From Clostridia bacterium (lineage in GTDB: Bacteria; Bacillota; Clostridia; Oscillospirales; CAG-272), in NCBI GenBank assembly GCA_017455185.1, contig JAFTBN010000075.1, positions 11,545 to 75,544 of the forward strand: a stretch of DNA of 64,000 bases, read 5' to 3'. Below are positions 59,511 through 64,000 of the stretch, piece after piece. The notes below the pieces were generated by a model. It was given only the letters and a program-made list of their open reading frames with translations, was not told where the DNA came from and searched no databases. A program made the translations under genes and the position numbers. How positions within the stretch are numbered: position 1 is the stretch's first letter; each line of letters opens with the position of its first letter.

Positions 59511-62327
59511 TCATTTCAGTGCGACGCGGATGGTCCGGATGGCATATCCTTCCATCTTTCCGGAAACCGCATTGCCTTTTACGGTCAGTTTTCCTTTTTC
59601 CTTCGTCTCGTGCTCGGTCAGGTCGACATAGCAGGCCTCCGCCACCGGCACGTGGAAATTCAGGGCAAACGCTCCGCCCTGTCCGTCGGTGTCCGCCAGA
59701 CGGATTATCAGGCCCTCTCCCTCTTCCGGAGATTTGACTGCATGCACCTGCACATTGCCCTTGACCTCAAACAGCCGGCCACACAAAGGCAATGTCGCGT
59801 CCTTCTTCGCCCGGGCCGTCTGTGCAGAACACATCATCACACCGTGCTGGAATGCCGCGTTGATGGCAAACAGATGATCCTGTCCGCAATCGGACGCCAC
59901 ACCCACGCCGATGCGGATGACGTGCACGCCGTATTCCGGATACGGATCCGGCGCATTGGAGCCCCGGATGAGGTCCACCGAAACCGCACCGTCCCAGGCT
60001 CTGTATCCGTAACGGGTATCCGTGGTCAGCATCAAAGCCGGCGCGCCTTCCTCAACCGGAACGGGCGCCACAAACGAGTTGGCCGGCACATCGTGCGCAA
60101 TGGCAGGACGATCGATGGTGCTGAACGGAATGTCGTAGCGGAACCGATTCGCTTCATACCCGAAAGGCAGGCAGAAGTTCACCTGAGGCGTCATCTCGTC
60201 GTTGGTGATTTCATGGAAATCAATGCTGGTCTGATAATCCAGAACCCGCGCGTTTTCTCCCAGCACAACCGAGCAGGTCATTTTGGAACGCTCGCCGAAT
60301 TTCAGCGTATACGTAACCCACTGTTTTACGCCTCCCAGATTGATCTGGGAAACCACAACGTTGGATGCACGGTTGAGATTGGTCACACGCATCCGGTCGC
60401 CGACGCGCCAGGCGGACATGCCGTGAATCTTGTTCTCCTCAATCAGGCGGAAGAATCCGGCGCGTTCCCGAAGCATTTCGCGTCCGCTTTCCAGATCGAC
60501 CAGCGATTTCAGTTCCATCGTCGCATGATCGAAGACGGCGCGGATTTTTCCGTTCGCCATCACGATGTCCTCATCGCTGTAATCGTCCCGCCTGTCGTGA
60601 TTCTCCATCGTGGTCGGGACGGAAGTGATGGATCGCTCCGAAAGAACATAGGTCGCATAACCGAATGCGGGCACCTTGACGTGAACCGCGAATTCCTTGA
60701 CGTCATGCCCCCAGTAATGGGAACCGCCGTTGATGCACTTGCAGCCGGTTTCCTTCCCTTCGGCGTCGGAAAAGAGCGCGCGATGCGATTCCACCGGCCA
60801 GTCGAAGACCGAAATCTCGGTGATGCCGTCGTAATCGTATTGAGTTGTATTGAACAGATGAATGATTCTCTTGCGGCCCATTCCCCGCTCCGCACGGGGC
60901 ATGGTATAGAAGTTGTTCGGTCCGACGCGGAATCCGACTCCGCCGCCTTCCGAAATGCTGTTCAGATCCTTCTCGGTCTGAATGGAAGACGTATCCACTT
61001 TGGACGCCAGATACCGCATGGCGCGGTTGGCGTTGATGTTCACCGCCGTCATGGAACGCTGGAACATCCCCATCGCGTACTCCCGGGTCTCAATGATGCC
61101 CGAGCCGGTCAGAATGTCGTGGAAATGATTGAACAGGATGTTGTGCCAGCTCTGCTCAAACGAGCCGACCTGGCTCGGAGCGCCCAGGGCTCCGGCCGCC
61201 GCGCAGAGCGCTTCGCTCTCCTGCGAACGGGTTTCTGCAATCCGGTTGGCTGTCTTGATTCTGGATTCGGACGTATAGCAGCCGGTAAAGATGTAGTTCT
61301 GCTCCCCTTCGACCACAGGCAGTACATCGCGGAATTTCTCAAGTTCGTGGAAGTACGCATGCATGGTGCTGAACTTGATGTTCGCCATAACCGGCCATTT
61401 CTGCATGTCCATCAAACGCTCAATGTCGCGCCGGGTCGGTCCGCCGCCGTGATCCCCCACTCCGTACAGTTCCATCATGCAGTTGACCTTATACTGGCTG
61501 CAGAACAGCGGAACGCGGTTGACGTATTCGGGATGAACCGAGCCGTTGTATCCTGTGGTGGAAGGATCTCTGTAAACCAGCACCGAAGCTCCGTTGCGCC
61601 CCTTCCAGACCACCGGATGCACGCCCTCATAGGCACGGGTGTGATAGTAGTACTTGACTCCGCCCGCCGAAAGAATCTCGGGCAGCATCACGTTGTGTCC
61701 GAACGTATCCGGCTCGAAATCCAGTTCCATGCTCTCTTCCGGAATGTCCAGCAGCTTTGACAGATACCGTTTCGTATACAGAATGTGACGGGCCATGGAT
61801 TCCCCGTTGGGCATATTCTTGTCGTTTTCGACCCAGGAGGAAGCGGTCACTTCCCAACGTCCCTCGTGCACACGGCGTTTGACTTCCCGCAGCACATCCG
61901 GCGCAAAATCCGCCAGCACCTGATAGATGGAAGCCTGGGACTGCGAGAACTTGAACTGGGGATATTCCTTCATCAGGTCCAGCATGGTCCTGGCGGTATC
62001 CACCACCACAGACGCAGTCTCGTTGTATCCCCACATCCAGTTCATATCGATGTGGGCGTGCGCAATCATATGCACGGTATTCTTTTTGCACAGTTCTGAC
62101 ATGACGGCGATTTTGCTTTCCGCCTCAAGCGCCTGACGTTTGGTAATGACGCTCTGCGCGTCCACGGCGGCAAGCAGAATGTCTGCCGCTTCATTGATTT
62201 CCCGGTCAAATCTGTGTCCGTTGACCTCGTTGGTATTGACCGCATATCCAAGTTCCGCCACAATACGGTCCGACCAGTACCCGTAACGGGAATGGCGAAG
62301 TCTGTCCAATTTATCGTAAAAAGTCAT
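59511..62327 (-). CDS. GH38 alpha-mannosidase (paralogue of 52398-55193)
   Basis: ATG at 62327 follows AAGGAGGATACC. Carries HAHIDMNWMWGYNETA and GVGDHGGGPTRRDIE. Confidence 0.8.
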   Translation of the reverse strand: MTFYDKLDRLRHSRYGYWSDRIVAELGYAVNTNEVNGHRFDREINEAADILLAAVDAQSVITKRQALEAESKIAVMSELCKKNTVHMIAHAHIDMNWMWGYNETASVVVDTARTMLDLMKEYPQFKFSQSQASIYQVLADFAPDVLREVKRRVHEGRWEVTASSWVENDKNMPNGESMARHILYTKRYLSKLLDIPEESMELDFEPDTFGHNVMLPEILSAGGVKYYYHTRAYEGVHPVVWKGRNGASVLVYRDPSTTGYNGSVHPEYVNRVPLFCSQYKVNCMMELYGVGDHGGGPTRRDIERLMDMQKWPVMANIKFSTMHAYFHELEKFRDVLPVVEGEQNYIFTGCYTSESRIKTANRIAETRSQESEALCAAAGALGAPSQVGSFEQSWHNILFNHFHDILTGSGIIETREYAMGMFQRSMTAVNINANRAMRYLASKVDTSSIQTEKDLNSISEGGGVGFRVGPNNFYTMPRAERGMGRKRIIHLFNTTQYDYDGITEISVFDWPVESHRALFSDAEGKETGCKCINGGSHYWGHDVKEFAVHVKVPAFGYATYVLSERSITSVPTTMENHDRRDDYSDEDIVMANGKIRAVFDHATMELKSLVDLESGREMLRERAGFFRLIEENKIHGMSAWRVGDRMRVTNLNRASNVVVSQINLGGVKQWVTYTLKFGERSKMTCSVVLGENARVLDYQTSIDFHEITNDEMTPQVNFCLPFGYEANRFRYDIPFSTIDRPAIAHDVPANSFVAPVPVEEGAPALMLTTDTRYGYRAWDGAVSVDLIRGSNAPDPYPEYGVHVIRIGVGVASDCGQDHLFAINAAFQHGVMMCSAQTARAKKDATLPLCGRLFEVKGNVQVHAVKSPEEGEGLIIRLADTDGQGGAFALNFHVPVAEACYVDLTEHETKEKGKLTVKGNAVSGKMEGYAIRTIRVALK

Positions 62328-62389
62328 GGTATCCTCCTTAAATAAGGGAAAGGCGGCGCCTTTCCCTTTTTTCTTTTTAGAGATTGATG

Positions 62390-63922
62390 TCATTCAACGC
62401 CGAACGCTTTCAGAATGTCATCCAGTTTGGATTGAATGGGTCCTTCCTGCGAAGACCACTCGCCCGCCAGATCTGTCTTGCACGAGTCAACCAGTTTCTT
62501 CATCATCTCGGCGATACCGATGTCCGCCTGAATGCCGATGTCGTAGTTGATGGTGTTGATGACAATGTCCAGGGTCTCACGGGATTCCTCGTCCCGGGTT
62601 ACACGGCCCATCAGGACCTTTTCATAATACGCTTCGGTCAGATAATCGCGGGAAGCCGCGCCCAGTGCGTCCATAATCAGGCCGGTGCGCTCGCTGTCCT
62701 CGTTGGTAACGGGCACCACATAGAAGGCTGCCACGTCCGGGTTGACCGTATGATGATAGGATTCCTGTGCATCGTCAAACAGAGGCATCGGAAGAATTCC
62801 GAAATTGGAAACCATGGAACGCATGGTCGCAACCGCGTGCAGCTCTCCGTAATAGAACAGTCCCTGATCCTGCTGGAACATCTTGAAAGCCGTATCCTCG
62901 TTCTTTCCGTTTGCGTTCCAGGACCAAGCCAGCGTCTTTTCATACAGCAGCTCGGAAAGTTCATACAGAATGTCCACGGTGGTTTCATCGTAGAATGTCA
63001 GTTCCGGAATGCCGTCTGAATTTTTGGTCGTATATTTCACGCCTGCGCCGATCATGGCGGAGGACGCGATGTTGCAGAAGTAAATCAGGCCGTACCGGTC
63101 GTTCTCATCGTACTGGTCGTCGCTGTTCATATCTTCGGAAACAAGCTGTCCCAGCTCGACCATTTTTTCAATGGTCCACAGTCTGTTGTGACGCAATGCG
63201 TACGGATTGCCGATTTCCGAATAATCCACGGTCTCAAGCAATTCCTTGTTGAACATGATGACCGCGATGGACTTCTTGTACATGGTTCCGATATCGCCCG
63301 TCAGGACGAAGCAGGTGTCGCCGATGCTCAGATCGCGGATGATGTTCTGATCCCACCACTCGGAATCGAGTTTAATGCCCTCGTACTGGTTGAAATTCTG
63401 AAGCAGTTCCTGCTGCGCCAGGATCAATGCATTTTTGGAAGGCAGATTGATCAGGTCCGCAGAGGACAGTCCGCTCTGAATCTCACGCTGCAAGCCGGTA
63501 TAGGAAGCGTAATCCTCGCGGGGTTCCGCAACCACCGTGATTCCGTACAGTTCCTCCACCATGCTGTTCCGTGTGTATACCGCGTCGCCGATGACGTCGC
63601 CCGTCATATCGGTTCCGACCCAGTCCACATCGCCCCAGATCTGTTCGTCATCCGGGTAGGTGGAAACGACAAAATCCTCATCCTTGTATTTGTCGCTCAG
63701 CGTCTCGCTCTTGTGCTGATCCTGAAACACCTCCCAGGCCGATTTCGGCGCTTCGGTCTCGGTCTCCTTGACTGAGCCCGGCGTTGTTTCGTTGTTGCCC
63801 TGACCCTGTTTGGTTGTCTCCTCATTCACCGGCGTTTCCGTCTTTGCACCGCAAGCGGCAAAAGCCAGAACCAGCATCAGAAGAGCCAGCGTCAAAGCCA
63901 AAATGCGCATTGTATTTTTCAT
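62390..63922 (-). CDS. ABC transporter extracellular solute-binding lipoprotein (sugar-type)
   Basis: Lipobox FAACG. 510 aa with length and composition typical of family-1 SBPs. It sits next to glycoside hydrolase genes. Confidence 0.7.
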   Translation of the reverse strand: MKNTMRILALTLALLMLVLAFAACGAKTETPVNEETTKQGQGNNETTPGSVKETETEAPKSAWEVFQDQHKSETLSDKYKDEDFVVSTYPDDEQIWGDVDWVGTDMTGDVIGDAVYTRNSMVEELYGITVVAEPREDYASYTGLQREIQSGLSSADLINLPSKNALILAQQELLQNFNQYEGIKLDSEWWDQNIIRDLSIGDTCFVLTGDIGTMYKKSIAVIMFNKELLETVDYSEIGNPYALRHNRLWTIEKMVELGQLVSEDMNSDDQYDENDRYGLIYFCNIASSAMIGAGVKYTTKNSDGIPELTFYDETTVDILYELSELLYEKTLAWSWNANGKNEDTAFKMFQQDQGLFYYGELHAVATMRSMVSNFGILPMPLFDDAQESYHHTVNPDVAAFYVVPVTNEDSERTGLIMDALGAASRDYLTEAYYEKVLMGRVTRDEESRETLDIVINTINYDIGIQADIGIAEMMKKLVDSCKTDLAGEWSSQEGPIQSKLDDILKAFGVE

Positions 63923-64000
63923 TTCAAGCCTCCCTGCCCCAATCGGGGATCGCTAGGATCTGCTTACACAAATCCATTCCAATTTTACTATAATCCGAAA

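Overview
The window holds a ~46 kb integrated temperate phage (about 672-46719) followed by ~17 kb of host chromosome. The phage is bounded by a 22-bp direct repeat, TCTGTACCCACTyTGTACCCAC. The host looks like a mid/high-GC Firmicutes (Clostridia-like gut organism); that taxon guess is inference only. Prophage layout: attL, then integrase and a CI/LexA-like repressor on the minus strand. A back-to-back promoter switch follows. A plus-strand early/replication arm (2.6-13.5 kb) carries HTH regulators, Gp157, a Rad52/Sak-like annealase, SSB, a replisome organizer, VRR-NUC, DUF551, Lar-family proteins, a PcfK/PcfJ pair, DUF3850 and an ArpU-like activator. This arm meets the minus-strand late arm (46.6 down to 13.6 kb) head-on at a bidirectional terminator. 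The late arm reads TerS, TerL, portal, a 752-aa repeat protein, a 3,511-aa giant multidomain protein, scaffold, a decoration-like protein, major capsid, adaptor-like protein, a 1,089-aa tail protein, an 802-aa fibre, and then a block of small and membrane proteins. No tail tube, sheath, classical tape-measure or endolysin gene is recognisable. Main findings: (1) TerL is broken into four coding pieces by two homologous group I introns, one inside the Walker A loop, and by a split intein whose halves flank a free-standing HNH gene. (2) A conserved 21-nt box lies exactly 12 nt upstream of TATAAT at four late-operon starts. (3) The giant polyvalent-type virion protein contains an AT-rich domain cassette. 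(4) There is an early cluster of candidate anti-restriction and anti-CRISPR genes. (5) A ~400-bp intergenic array of degenerate ATGGAAAGGCAAAG boxes shows 31-bp phasing. The right flank (46.9-64 kb) is ordinary host DNA: two GH38 alpha-mannosidases, a solute-binding lipoprotein, a phosphodiester glycosidase, a metallophosphoesterase, a Nudix hydrolase, an S58 peptidase and an SPFH protein. All family names come from motif recognition by eye; no database search was run.
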